Positions 30,901-40,142 of a stretch of DNA of 64,000 bases are shown here, piece after piece. Source of the stretch: an uncultured Candidatus Binatia bacterium (GTDB lineage: Bacteria > Desulfobacterota > Binatia > Bin18); the NCBI GenBank assembly GCA_965200965.1, contig OZ241744.1, positions 3,456,001 to 3,520,000 on the forward strand, in the 5' to 3' direction. Numbering within the stretch: the first letter of the stretch is position 1; every line of letters starts with the position of its first letter. A model generated the notes under the pieces. That model had not been told where the DNA came from and made no database searches. It saw only the letters and a list, made by a program, of their open reading frames with translations. Position numbers and translations under genes: made by a program.

Positions 30901-32592
30901 TGAGGTGATGAGTTCTTCTCGAATCGGATCAATCGGCGGGTTGGTCACCTGGGCGAACAACTGCTTAAAATAGCTGTACAGCAGTTGTGGCTTGTCGGAT
31001 AGCACGGCCAGCGGCGTATCCGTTCCCATTGAGCCGACCGGCTGGATGCCGTTCACAGCCATGGGACCAATGTTAATGCGCAGGTCTTCAAAGCTGTAGC
31101 CAAAGGCCTGGAGGTGTTGCAGGCTGGCCTCGTGATCGTAGGCCGGCTGAGGGTCGTCAAAGGCCGGCAGTGCATCAAAGTGGACCAGGTTGGCGTCCAG
31201 CCAGTCCTGGTAGGCGTGCTCGGTAGCAATGTGCCGCTTGAGTTCTTCGTCGCTGATGATACGGCTCTGTTCGGTATCAACCAGGAACATCCGGCCCGGC
31301 TGGAGACGGCGCTTTTCCAGTACGCGCTCAGGCTCGACCTCCAGCACGCCCACTTCCGAGGCCATAATCACTAGATCGTCCTTGGTGACGTAGTAGCGCG
31401 AGGGGCGCAGGCCGTTGCGGTCGAGCACGGCCCCGACACGCAGCCCGTCGGTAAACGCAATGGAGGCCGGACCGTCCCAGGGTTCCATCAGGCTGCTGTG
31501 GTATTCGTAAAAGGCGCGCTTGGCCGGGTCCATGCTGGCGTGGTTTTCCCACGGTTCGGGGATCATCATCATCATTGCGTGGGCCAGTGAGCGGCCGCTC
31601 AGGGCCAGGAACTCCAGACAGTTGTCGAACTTGGCCGAATCGCTGCCGTCCTCCAGGATAATCGGAAAAATTTTGGGCAGATCGCCACGAAACAGCCCGG
31701 TTGCCAGAATGGACTGCCGGGCGTGCATCCAGTTCTCATTGCCGCGCAGGGTATTAATTTCTCCGTTATGAATGATGTAGCGATACGGGTGCGAGCGCTC
31801 CCAACTCGGAAAGGTGTTGGTGCTGAAACGCGAGTGGATCAGACAAATTGCCGTTTCTACACGCGGGTCGGTCAGCTCGGGGTAGAAGACGGCCACCTGC
31901 CGGGGCGTTAACATGCCTTTGTAGATCAGGGTCCGACACGACAGGCTGGGGATGTAGAAAAACTCTCCGCCAGGGGTGTCGCCATACCGAATCGCATTGG
32001 TGATCTGACGGCGGATGACGTATAGCTTGCGCTCAAAAGCCATGTCGCCCACCTTGGCGAGCGCGGGACCGCGGCCAATGAAAATCTGGCGAATACACGG
32101 CTCACACGCCCTGGCCGTCTTGCCCAGCTCGCTGTTGTCGGTGGGCACATCGCGCCAGCCCAGGACGGTCTGGCCCTCGGCCCGCACGACCGCCTCAAAG
32201 CGTTGCTCACACGCCCGGCGCTGCTCGGCGTCTGGCGGCAAAAAGATCATACCCACCCCGTACTGGCTTGGCGCGGGCAACTGAATGCCTGTCTCGGCAC
32301 CCACCGCCTGGAGAAACCGATGCGGCACCTGCATCAGCAGCCCGGCCCCATCGCCGGTGTTTTCCTCACAGCCGCACGCCCCACGGTGGTCAAGGTTGTG
32401 TAAGACGGTCAGGGCTTGCTCAACGAGGTGGTGGGATTTCCGGCCTTTGATATTGACCACAAAACCGATGCCGCACGCATCGTGCTCAAACGCCGGGTCA
32501 TACAGCCCTTGCTTGGCGGGAATACAGGCGGACGAGGCGATCTTCCTGCTGTTCTCAGCGTTTACCTTTCCGGGATGATTGGGATATGGCAT
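27934..32592 (-). CDS. gltB: Glutamate synthase large subunit
   Basis: [46 protein letters not shown]. Confidence 0.99.
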   Translation of the reverse strand: MPYPNHPGKVNAENSRKIASSACIPAKQGLYDPAFEHDACGIGFVVNIKGRKSHHLVEQALTVLHNLDHRGACGCEENTGDGAGLLMQVPHRFLQAVGAETGIQLPAPSQYGVGMIFLPPDAEQRRACEQRFEAVVRAEGQTVLGWRDVPTDNSELGKTARACEPCIRQIFIGRGPALAKVGDMAFERKLYVIRRQITNAIRYGDTPGGEFFYIPSLSCRTLIYKGMLTPRQVAVFYPELTDPRVETAICLIHSRFSTNTFPSWERSHPYRYIIHNGEINTLRGNENWMHARQSILATGLFRGDLPKIFPIILEDGSDSAKFDNCLEFLALSGRSLAHAMMMMIPEPWENHASMDPAKRAFYEYHSSLMEPWDGPASIAFTDGLRVGAVLDRNGLRPSRYYVTKDDLVIMASEVGVLEVEPERVLEKRRLQPGRMFLVDTEQSRIISDEELKRHIATEHAYQDWLDANLVHFDALPAFDDPQPAYDHEASLQHLQAFGYSFEDLRINIGPMAVNGIQPVGSMGTDTPLAVLSDKPQLLYSYFKQLFAQVTNPPIDPIREELITSTTLTLGAEGNLLDPQPESCRQLRLSTPILSNGELEKLRRLDLAGLHVTTLPILFPPGSGKAGLEQALEGLYQAADRAIANGATILILSDTGVDRDHAPIPALLASSGLHHHLIRTGSRTRVGLVLESGEPREVHHFCLLLGYGIQAFNPYMVYECLSDMIGQGMLKDISYDEAVAGYKKAVVKGVVKVMSKMGISTIKSYCGAQIFEAVGLGQALIDRYFTWTPSRVGGTDLEAVAAEAERQHAKAFPEIPVNGRTLEVYGQYQYRKDGELHLFNPRTIHLLQKACRTNDYTTFKQYSGLIDDQSQRLATLRGLLGFKYAPDPIPIDEVEPVEAITRRFKTGAMSYGSISQEAHEALAIAMNRIGGKSNTGEGGEDPARYTLDPNGDSRNSAIKQVASGRFGVTSYYLTQAQELQIKMAQGAKPGEGGELPGRKVYPWIAKVRLSTPGVGLISPPPHHDIYSIEDLAQLIHDLKNSNHHARICVKLVSEVGVGTIAAGVAKGHADVVLISGHDGGTGASPQTSIKHAGLPWELGVAETHQTLVLNDLRSRIVVETDGQLKTGRDVIVAALLGAEEYGFATTALVTLGCIMMRVCHLDTCPVGVATQNPVLRNKFMGDPAYTVHFMRFIAQEMREYMARLGFRSVNDLIGRTDRLEVRRAVDHWKARGLDYSAILYQPEADPEVGRYCQIDQNHGLDKALDNTTLLKLAAPALEHGEKVKHSLPIKNTDRVAGTILGSELTRRFGPQGLPEDHIHFHLHGSAGQSFGAFVPPGITLELEGDANDYCGKGLSGGKIIAYPPHGSSFRPEDNIIIGNVAFYGATSGEAYIRGMAGERFCVRNSGVRAVVEGVGDHGCEYMTGGRVVVLGKTGRNFGAGMSGGVAYIYDEDGDFQDHCNLETVSLQVPSADDLQELEALLRRHAGYTHSQHARQELARWPTAAAKFVKVMPKDYQRMLEAIGRAERGGLAGEDAVMAAFEANKNDAARVSGN

Positions 32593-32594
32593 GT

Positions 32595-33125
32595 TCAGAC
32601 TCCTCTTCTAGTGCGCAGCGGCACGACCGATTCGGGCAGGGCTTTGGACCGGAGTTGGGGCAGGTGGTCTTGCTGCTTGAGATTCAGCCACAGTCCCTCA
32701 GTATGCGTTGACAGCACGACCGAGGTTTCGGTCCGGTTGACCCCGTCAATGGAACGAATCTGGCGGATCAACTCTTCAAGCTTTGATGTATTATCGGTTT
32801 TGACCTTGAGCAGCAGGGTGTGCTCGCCGGTGATGTGGTGGCACTCCTGGACTTCTTCAAGGCGATCGACGTCTCGCTCAAAGGTCTGGATCAGTTTCGG
32901 GTGGTGGATCGAGACACCAATAAAGGCGGTGATATCCTTGCCCAGCTTGCGGGCGTCAAGCACCGCGGTATAGCCCCGAATAACACCGCTCTCTTCGAGT
33001 TTTTTGATCCGTTCCACCACCGAGGGGGCGGATAGCCCGACGCGCTCTCCAATTTTGTTCAGGGAGAGCTTACAATTCTCCTGGAGCAGGGAAAGAATAT
33101 GCCGGTCGAGGCTGTCGATATTCAT
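32595..33125 (-). CDS. Lrp/AsnC family transcriptional regulator
   Basis: [10 protein letters not shown]...[29 protein letters not shown]; first gene of lrp-gltB-gltD run. Confidence 0.95.
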   Translation of the reverse strand: MNIDSLDRHILSLLQENCKLSLNKIGERVGLSAPSVVERIKKLEESGVIRGYTAVLDARKLGKDITAFIGVSIHHPKLIQTFERDVDRLEEVQECHHITGEHTLLLKVKTDNTSKLEELIRQIRSIDGVNRTETSVVLSTHTEGLWLNLKQQDHLPQLRSKALPESVVPLRTRRGV

Positions 33126-33226
33126 AGATGAATCCTCTCGCTTTGTAAGGCAATTTCAATGCAAGGCCGAATAAATAACGAATCAAAGCGGCTTGTGTCA
33201 AGAGAAATTCAGAAAATTTGGCTTTC

Positions 33227-33255
33227 TTGCCTTTTTTATTTACAGCTTATATGAT
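33227..33255 (+). promoter_or_regulatory. Sigma70-type promoter for ilvB in an AT-rich divergent region
   Basis: TTGCCT-17 bp-TATGAT; a minus-strand TTGACA at 33196-33201 may serve lrp. Confidence 0.6.
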
Positions 33256-33291
33256 TTTGTGGACACTGAACGGGTGACACGGAGTACAGGC

Positions 33292-34998
33292 ATGAAAAAG
33301 CTGAGCGGTGCACACATTGTGATTGAAAGTCTGTTGGCCGAGGGCGTTGATACCATCTTTGGCTATCCTGGTGGCGCGATTCTGCCGACCTATGACGCCC
33401 TGGTCCAGAACCCCCGTCTGCGTCATGTACTGGTCCGCCACGAACAGGGCGCGTCGCACATGGCCGAGGGCTATGGGCGGGTATCCGGACGGCCCGGCGT
33501 TGTCCTGGTCACGTCTGGTCCGGGAGCGACCAATACGGTCACCGGCATTGCCGACGCTTATATGGACTCAACCCCTATGGTCGTTATCTCAGGTCAGGTG
33601 GCCCGCTCCATGCTGGGCAACGACGCGTTTCAAGAGGCCGATGTCACCGGCATTACCCGGCCGTGTACCAAACACAATTACCTCGTCCGCGATGTCAAGG
33701 ACATCGCCCGGGTGGTGAAAGAAGCCTTTTATATTGCTGGCACAGGCCGTCCTGGGCCGGTGCTGGTCGATCTGCCCAAGGATGTGCAGACCGACGAAGC
33801 GCCGTTTGTGTATCCCGACCGTGTTGATATCCGGGGCTATAAGCCAACGCTGAAGGGTAACGAGCGCCAGATCGAAAAGGCGCTGGAAGCGATTGAGGGG
33901 GCTGAGCGCCCGCTTTTTTATGTAGGTGGCGGGGTGCAGTGGTCCGGGGCCGCGGCGGAACTCACCGAGCTTGTTCATGGTCTCAAAATCCCGGTCACGC
34001 CAACGGTCATGGCGCTGGGCACAATCCCGACCGACGATCCGCTCCACCTCGGCATGCTCGGTATGCATGGCGGCTATTGGACCAATATGGCCGTGTATCA
34101 CTGTGATGTGTTGATCGCCGTCGGTGCCCGCTTTGACGACCGGGTGACGGGTCGGGTCGCGGACTTTGCGCCAAACGCCAAGACGATCATCCATATTGAT
34201 ATTGACCCGTCGTCGATCAGCAAAAACATCAAGGTTGACGTGCCGATCGTGGGCGATATCAAGGCGGTCCTCACGTCTATGCTCAAAAAGGTTAAAAGCC
34301 AGGAGAGCCTGGCTCCCCGCCAACAGACCTGGGCCGAATGGTACCGGCGGATCATGGACTGGAAAGCGGAAAAACCGCTGCCATACGAGACACACAGCCC
34401 TGACGGCGATATCAAACCGCGTCGGCTCATTGACGGTATTGCCGATCTGACCGGTGGCGAGGCGGTGATTGTCACCGATGTTGGCCAGCACCAGATGTGG
34501 ACGGCCCAGATGATGCCGTTCAAATATCCACGTTCGTGGCTTACCTCCGGGGGCCTGGGGACGATGGGCTATGGCCTGCCGGCCGGCATTGGGGCACATT
34601 TTGCCGCGCCCGAGCGAGAGGTTGTCGTTATCAGCGGCGACGGCAGTATTCAGATGAACATCCAGGAGTTGTCAACCGCGGTGCAGTACCAGGTGCCGGT
34701 CAAGGTTGTGATTATGAACAACCACTACCTCGGCATGGTGCGCCAGTGGCAGGAGAAGTTTTATGAAGAGCGCTACTCCCACTCGTACATGGACGCCATG
34801 CCCGATTTTGTGAAACTTGCCGAGGCCTATGGGGCTAAGGGATTCCGGGTCGAGTGCTCGGCCGACCTGTCCGCTACCCTGCGGGCGGCCTTTGCCGAGC
34901 CCGGGCCGGTCTTGCTCGATGCGGTGATCCCAACAACCGAGGGGGTCTTCCCGATGGTGCCGGCCGGCAGTGCCATGCACGAAATGCTGTTTGCCTGA
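33292..34998 (+). CDS. ilvB: Acetolactate synthase large subunit
   Basis: FGYPGGAILP, VRHEQGA, TSGPGATN, SGGLGTMGYG, GDGSIQMN. Confidence 0.97.
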   Translation: MKKLSGAHIVIESLLAEGVDTIFGYPGGAILPTYDALVQNPRLRHVLVRHEQGASHMAEGYGRVSGRPGVVLVTSGPGATNTVTGIADAYMDSTPMVVISGQVARSMLGNDAFQEADVTGITRPCTKHNYLVRDVKDIARVVKEAFYIAGTGRPGPVLVDLPKDVQTDEAPFVYPDRVDIRGYKPTLKGNERQIEKALEAIEGAERPLFYVGGGVQWSGAAAELTELVHGLKIPVTPTVMALGTIPTDDPLHLGMLGMHGGYWTNMAVYHCDVLIAVGARFDDRVTGRVADFAPNAKTIIHIDIDPSSISKNIKVDVPIVGDIKAVLTSMLKKVKSQESLAPRQQTWAEWYRRIMDWKAEKPLPYETHSPDGDIKPRRLIDGIADLTGGEAVIVTDVGQHQMWTAQMMPFKYPRSWLTSGGLGTMGYGLPAGIGAHFAAPEREVVVISGDGSIQMNIQELSTAVQYQVPVKVVIMNNHYLGMVRQWQEKFYEERYSHSYMDAMPDFVKLAEAYGAKGFRVECSADLSATLRAAFAEPGPVLLDAVIPTTEGVFPMVPAGSAMHEMLFA

Positions 34999-35001
34999 GC
35001 C

Positions 35002-35265
35002 GTGGAACACGACCGAGACAACAGGTCTGCCCAGCCCGACCGCTTCTATCAGGGCGTGATCCACAACATCTCCTGGAACAATGAGACCGGGCTGATTCGG
35101 AGTCAGTCCGGCAAAACCTTTCCGTTTGTGTTCGCCTATGTGACCCTGCTCGGTGCCCCGCACCGCGACCTGCGCTTCCTGTTTGAGGGTATGCGGGTCG
35201 GCTTTGACGTGGGCTGGACCTCGCACGGGCTGCGGGTGACGGTGATTAAGGTGTACGATCTGTAG
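35002..35265 (+). CDS. Hypothetical small OB/cold-shock-like protein
   Basis: FYQGVI...GLIRS..GKTFPF...GMRVGFDV pattern resembling CSD beta strands. Confidence 0.55.
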   Translation: MEHDRDNRSAQPDRFYQGVIHNISWNNETGLIRSQSGKTFPFVFAYVTLLGAPHRDLRFLFEGMRVGFDVGWTSHGLRVTVIKVYDL

Positions 35266-35270
35266 GCGGC

Positions 35271-36101
35271 TCACAGCGGCAAGGCCGTCCGAAACAGGAG
35301 AAAGCGCCCCAAAAACTCGCCGACAATCGCGGCCAGGATCGCCACATAAAACAGACCGGTGGCCGCCATGGTCTGTGGAATCTGCAAGGTCCGCCAGATC
35401 ATGCCGGCAATCGGCAGGGAGGCCAGCGGACCCAAGCCCAGCCGCATCCAGAGCAGGGCTTGATGGTCGGTCCACAGGCTGGCGAGCCGGTCCACACTGG
35501 CCGGCTCGCCGAGCACCAACAGCAGCCCCACCGCGCCGAGCAGCACGCCAAGGTGGACGAGGAGCGTACCAGCGTAAAAATTGAATGTGCGTCTGAACGG
35601 GTCAAGCGACAGGTCAAGCTCAATCAGATACCAGTGGCCCAGCGACATGCCGGTCGCCACCGCGCCGAGCATCAGGGCCGAGAGCAGCAGGCTGAGCGGA
35701 TACACAATCGTTTCGACCGACACAAACGGCGCGTTGCAATAGGCGCTGGCACTCACCGTCAGCGCTACTAGCCCGACTGCCAGCGCCAACAGATAGGCCC
35801 GTGCGCGCAGCACAACAGCCTCCCCCCACAGGCTGAAGACATACACACTGAACCCGCAGCAAAACACCAGCCACAGCCCGATTTCCCAGCCGTATATCCC
35901 CCACACTGTCCCGGCTTGAGAGGACCAGACCAGGGAGGTTTTGCCCAGAAAAAACGCCCAGCCACAGCCCAGATACACACAGCCGGTTGACTTGAAAAAT
36001 CCGCGTTCGATTTCGTGAAAACCAGGAATACTCAGGCCGAACAGTCCGCCGAGCGCCAGTTGAGCAAAAATCAGCAAAAAGCTGTGGGCAAACTCGATCA
36101 T
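35271..36101 (-). CDS. Multi-pass membrane protein of unknown function
   Basis: About 8 hydrophobic segments; LGHWYL and TMAATGLFY motifs. Confidence 0.75.
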   Translation of the reverse strand: MIEFAHSFLLIFAQLALGGLFGLSIPGFHEIERGFFKSTGCVYLGCGWAFFLGKTSLVWSSQAGTVWGIYGWEIGLWLVFCCGFSVYVFSLWGEAVVLRARAYLLALAVGLVALTVSASAYCNAPFVSVETIVYPLSLLLSALMLGAVATGMSLGHWYLIELDLSLDPFRRTFNFYAGTLLVHLGVLLGAVGLLLVLGEPASVDRLASLWTDHQALLWMRLGLGPLASLPIAGMIWRTLQIPQTMAATGLFYVAILAAIVGEFLGRFLLFRTALPL

Positions 36102-36218
36102 GCCGGGACTCTATCCACACTCTCCTGCGGCCTCAAGGGCAGTCGGCAGACTCATAGACTGAGCGCCTGAAGACTGCTAGGGAATACGAACCTGTCCTGC
36201 CTGTATTGGAGTCCCACC

Positions 36219-36734
36219 ATGCCGAGTACGCCCGAATCCCAGCCTGCGTCTTTGATCACCGACGAGATCCGGTCGTGGATCGGCCGGGAAGTGCCACCCT
36301 GGACGATAGAGGTCACTCGCCGCGATGTGGCCCGTTTTGCGGTGGCCACGGACGATCTGAACCCGCTTTATTTGGACGAGGAAAAGGCCAGCCGCAGCCG
36401 CCACGGCGGTCTGATTGCACCGCCGCTGTTTTATATGGCACCCCTGACCGAGCCGGTGCCCGAGACCGAGCTGCGGCCCGATGGGCTGCCTGTTGCGGGC
36501 AAATTCCCGGTTCCGCCTACTCCCCTGCCGCGTCTGATGGACGGCGGCACCGAGGTTGAATTTTTGCAGCCCATCCGGGTTGGCGATGTCCTCACCGGCC
36601 GCTCAAAAATTACCAATATCTACCAGAAAAACGGGCGGTCCGGGCCGCTCATCTTTGTCCAGCGCGAAACCACCTTTACCAACCAGAGGGGGGAGTTGGT
36701 CCTGATCGAAAAAGGGGCAAGCATTTTACGCTAG
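36219..36734 (+). CDS. MaoC-family (N-terminal/FAS1-like) dehydratase
   Basis: FAVATDDLNPLY, GLIAPP, GGTEVEFLQPIRVGD. Confidence 0.88.
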   Translation: MPSTPESQPASLITDEIRSWIGREVPPWTIEVTRRDVARFAVATDDLNPLYLDEEKASRSRHGGLIAPPLFYMAPLTEPVPETELRPDGLPVAGKFPVPPTPLPRLMDGGTEVEFLQPIRVGDVLTGRSKITNIYQKNGRSGPLIFVQRETTFTNQRGELVLIEKGASILR

Positions 36735-36743
36735 GAGCCGGGC

Positions 36744-37208
36744 ATGGCCGAAGCATTGAGCCAACAAGTCTATTTTGAAGATGTTGAAGAGGGCGCACCC
36801 ATTCCCAGCCTGGAAAAGACGCCCTCCAACACCCTGCTGTTTCTGTACAGCGCGGTGACTTGGAATCCGCAGCGCATCCACTTCGATCGAGACTTCAGCC
36901 TCAAGGAGGGCTATCGGGAGGTGATTATCCACGGCCCGCTGCGGGGCGCGTTCTTGTCCCAACTCATGACCAACTGGATCGGTGAGGCCGGCACCCTCAA
37001 AAGAATGTCCTACGCCAACCGTGACATTGCGTATGTCAACGAGCCGCTGGCCTGTAAGGGCACGGTTACCAGGAAATGGATAGAAAACGGGCTTGGACAT
37101 GTGGAGTGTGATATCTGGGTCGAGAACGGACGGGGCAAGGTCCTGACCCCGGGCAAGGCAACTGTCACCCTGCCGTTGCGCAATCCTGGTAGTCCGCCCC
37201 TGCACTGA
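36744..37208 (+). CDS. MaoC-family dehydratase
   Basis: YFEDVEEG, NPQRIHFD, IIHGPL. Confidence 0.88.
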   Translation: MAEALSQQVYFEDVEEGAPIPSLEKTPSNTLLFLYSAVTWNPQRIHFDRDFSLKEGYREVIIHGPLRGAFLSQLMTNWIGEAGTLKRMSYANRDIAYVNEPLACKGTVTRKWIENGLGHVECDIWVENGRGKVLTPGKATVTLPLRNPGSPPLH

Positions 37209-37227
37209 GAACGACGAGGAACGATAC

Positions 37228-37986
37228 ATGGCACATCGCCCGCTGAAGCTTGTTCATACGTCCGATGTTCATCTTGAGAGTGATACCTTTGGCAAAAGCC
37301 AGGAAGGCCGGGCCTTCCGCGGCCGGATTCAGTGCGCGTTCCACAAAGTTGTTGATACGGTTGTCGAGGAAAAGGCCGATCTGTTCCTGATTGCCGGCGA
37401 TTTGTTCGACTCGAACCGGGTGCAGGAATCGGGCGTGGAGTTTGTCCACCGGGAGTTGGCGCGGGTGAGCTGTCCGGTCGTCCTGATTCCGGGCAATCAC
37501 GACTGTTACGATACCCGTTCGATCTACAAAAAGGTCAACTTCCGTGACGCCGGTCCCCATGTCTTTCCGCTGACCTCAGAGACCGGGGTAACCCTGGAGT
37601 TTCCCGAACTCCAGGCCACCGTCTGGGGCAAGGGTCTGGTTGAGCATGATCATGCCTACAAACCGCTGGCCGGCGTGCCCGAGCGTCGGGGCGATTACTG
37701 GCATATTGGCATGGCCCACGGCTTTTATGTTGAGAATGTGGAGGTCATGCGCTCTTCGCTCATCACGCCCGAAGAGGTGGCGGCCTCCCGGCTCGACTAT
37801 CTGGCCCTGGGTCACGTCCACGTTTTTACCGACATCTCGCACGGCCAGACCCGGGCCTGCTATCCGGGCACGCCCGCCCCGCTGCACCTGGGATCCCAGG
37901 ACACGGGCAGCGTGGTGGTGGTCAATCTTGACCCCGAGAGGGGGGTCAACCTGAGCCGGCAAACGCTTCACTTTGGACCGGCGTGA
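37228..37986 (+). CDS. Metallophosphoesterase (SbcD/Mre11-like)
   Basis: HTSDVH, AGDLFD, PGNHD, ALGHVH. Confidence 0.88.
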   Translation: MAHRPLKLVHTSDVHLESDTFGKSQEGRAFRGRIQCAFHKVVDTVVEEKADLFLIAGDLFDSNRVQESGVEFVHRELARVSCPVVLIPGNHDCYDTRSIYKKVNFRDAGPHVFPLTSETGVTLEFPELQATVWGKGLVEHDHAYKPLAGVPERRGDYWHIGMAHGFYVENVEVMRSSLITPEEVAASRLDYLALGHVHVFTDISHGQTRACYPGTPAPLHLGSQDTGSVVVVNLDPERGVNLSRQTLHFGPA

Positions 37987-38076
37987 GCCGGGAGAAGCAC
38001 GCTAACTCATTCGCAGACCGCCCAATGGTTCAAACCGCGCAAACGGCACCCCAATACAGGGGGTAGCGAGGCCGTA

Positions 38077-38802
38077 CTATTCTGCCTCCAACACTTGCGG
38101 GTCAAGCTGATACCACATCACTTCGCCGGATTCGATGCTGGGCTGTATCCGGTTATCCCTGTGCAGACCAGCCACTACGGCATAGCAGCGTTTGCCGGTA
38201 AACCCGGTCAGGAACCCGGCGTTGCGGACGGCCCTGGTCGTATCCCGCCCGTTGGCGGTGAAAGAGATCTCCACGGCGATGTGGCAGGTTTCGCCGGCTT
38301 GGTCGGTGGCTTCCATAAGCAGATCGGCCCGGCGGAAGCTTCTCAGTTCGTTTGCGGGAATATCTGCAACGTTTTGGGACTGGACGAGGGAGCGTATTGC
38401 CTCCTGGTTCAGGGTCCGTACCAGAGTCAGTCCGAGGTCCTCGGCTATGAAGTCGGCCTCTCTGAGAGCGGCGTTTCGGGCATGGGCACCCTTGAGCGGC
38501 GCGATGTCGTCGCGGAGTGACTTAAGATCGGTTTCGACGCGGCCGAGGCGTTGTTCGACCTTCTCCAATCGTTGTTCGACCTTCTCCAATCGTTGTTCGA
38601 CCTTCTCCAATCGTTGTTCGACCTTCTCCAATCGTTGTTCGACCTTCTCGAAGCGCCTCTCGGTGGCTGCGACGAACTGGGCGAATTTTTCAGGTAACTC
38701 AAGCAGTTCGCGCGTCAGCAGCCGGACGCGCAGGGCTTCAATCCACTGGGGATTCTCGTCAAGCACACGGATCAGGTCTTCTATGGTGTTGATGGTAGCC
38801 AT
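38077..38802 (-). CDS. Coiled-coil protein with heptad VNTR and C-terminal PD-(D/E)xK-like domain
   Basis: About five EKVEQRL heptads; RRADLL...IAVEIS. Confidence 0.7.
   Translation of the reverse strand: MATINTIEDLIRVLDENPQWIEALRVRLLTRELLELPEKFAQFVAATERRFEKVEQRLEKVEQRLEKVEQRLEKVEQRLEKVEQRLGRVETDLKSLRDDIAPLKGAHARNAALREADFIAEDLGLTLVRTLNQEAIRSLVQSQNVADIPANELRSFRRADLLMEATDQAGETCHIAVEISFTANGRDTTRAVRNAGFLTGFTGKRCYAVVAGLHRDNRIQPSIESGEVMWYQLDPQVLEAE
38549..38649. repeat. 21-bp tandem repeat, about 4.8 identical copies
   Basis: CGTTGTTCGACCTTCTCCAAT at 38549, 38570, 38591, 38612 and partial at 38633. Confidence 0.97.
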
Positions 38803-38939
38803 TCTCGTACCTGCACTTGTCACTGGCAGCATAGCAGAAAAGCTGCGCCGGCCAAAAGAGGCGGTTATCGGGACATTATGCCTCGTCGGCTGTTGGGTCC
38901 GCTTGTCTCTTCCCGCCCGCTTCTGCTATGACCGGGGCT

Positions 38940-39052
38940 ATGGCAGAGAGAGCTGATCTGCGCCGCCGCCCGCAGCTAATAATGGTTTTGTTCGTTATGG
39001 GTTCGGTGGAATTAAATGGCAGAGAGAGCTGATCTGCGCCGCCGCCCGCAGC
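38940..39052 (+). repeat. 37-bp exact direct repeat flanking a 39-bp unique AT-rich spacer
   Basis: ATGGCAGAGAGAGCTGATCTGCGCCGCCGCCCGCAGC at 38940-38976 and 39016-39052. Confidence 0.95.
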
Positions 39053-39597
39053 GGGTGACGCTGAAGGATATTCTGCGCACCGCGGTTAATCTGGAAAAGA
39101 AGACGATGGCGCTCTACATGCGCTTTGCCCAGGTTTTTCAGGAGCAGGAGGAACTGCGCAAATTCTGGTTTGCCATGGCGCGCCATGAAGCCGGGCATCT
39201 GGGTGCCCTGGCCCTGGTCGAAGGCGTCCTGGAGAGCGAGCCGGATGTGGCCGAGAGCAGCAAAGTCTGGTTTGATCCGTCCTCGGTGGTCCGCCTCCGC
39301 TCGCTGCTCAGAGCCTACGACCGTGAGGTCAATAGCGGAGTTGGCGTTGAGCGGGCGTTTGAGATGGCGATTGATATTGAAAGCTCAGAGCTTGAGGATG
39401 TGGTAGTGGAACTGCTTCAGGTGGTCAAGGAAGACAAGATCCACGACCAAGCCGTGAAGTTGCTCATCCACGATTTGAGCGCTCTGAGTTACATGGTCGA
39501 GAAATTCACCACCAATGACGAGTTACTGGCCCGCGCCGATGAACTGGTTGACTACCGCTTCGATCGACCGTCGGTTGCCCCGCCCGAGAAGGACTAG
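39016..39597 (+). CDS. Ferritin-like/rubrerythrin family protein
   Basis: AVNLEKKT..LY...MARHEAGH...AIDIES di-iron helix motifs. Confidence 0.75.
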   Translation: MAERADLRRRPQRVTLKDILRTAVNLEKKTMALYMRFAQVFQEQEELRKFWFAMARHEAGHLGALALVEGVLESEPDVAESSKVWFDPSSVVRLRSLLRAYDREVNSGVGVERAFEMAIDIESSELEDVVVELLQVVKEDKIHDQAVKLLIHDLSALSYMVEKFTTNDELLARADELVDYRFDRPSVAPPEKD

Positions 39598-39703
39598 GCG
39601 ATCCTGTCGTGAGCCGCGGCCCGGCACATTTGACAGACATCCGATAACTTGCTTATATCACACCGCCCGGTAGGGCATATTCAACCGACAGGAGGATCAC
39701 ACA

Positions 39704-40000
39704 ATGGCGACAACAGTTGTTATACTCGATATGCATGTCAAACCCGAGGCCGTGGATGGGGTCAAAGCCTCGCTCAAAGAGATTCTGCCTGATACCCGCG
39801 CTTATGACGGCTGCCAGGGGCTCGACATCTATGAAGACCTGGATGAAACCGGCCATCTGGTCTTCTACGAGCGCTGGGACTCAAAAGAACACTACCAGAG
39901 ATATCTGAACTGGCGGACCGAAACCGGCGCGATGGAGCAACTCGGCAAAGCCCTGCAAGGACCGCCCAGCATCAAGTATTTTGATCGGGTTGATGCCTAA
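39704..40000 (+). CDS. Antibiotic biosynthesis monooxygenase (ABM) family protein
   Basis: DTRAYDGC, VFYERWDSKEHY; AGGAGG SD. Confidence 0.85.
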   Translation: MATTVVILDMHVKPEAVDGVKASLKEILPDTRAYDGCQGLDIYEDLDETGHLVFYERWDSKEHYQRYLNWRTETGAMEQLGKALQGPPSIKYFDRVDA

Positions 40001-40142
40001 GATCTCAGCAGTGTTCCCCTAGGCGCAGGACGAAACCCGTCGTCCTGCTCGCCCCTGTCCCATCTTCTCAGCGCCTTTGCCCACCTGAATACCGGCCCCA
40101 TCATTGCTGCCGGCCCATATGGCTCACCACGGAGGGTTAGAC

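Noticed and set aside
34996-35004. Sec readthrough of the ilvB TGA into the in-frame 87-aa ORF
   Set aside because: IlvB ends at its normal C-terminus, with no redox motif and no convincing SECIS hairpin
38549-38649. 21-bp repeats as a CRISPR array
   Set aside because: Head-to-tail with no spacers and encode in-frame heptads
38940-39052. Canonical CRISPR array
   Set aside because: Only two copies, the repeat is coding sequence, and no cas genes in the window; kept as a finding rather than a CRISPR feature
40025-40048. Intrinsic terminator after the ABM gene
   Set aside because: 9-bp stem is present but there is no U-tract; role unclear
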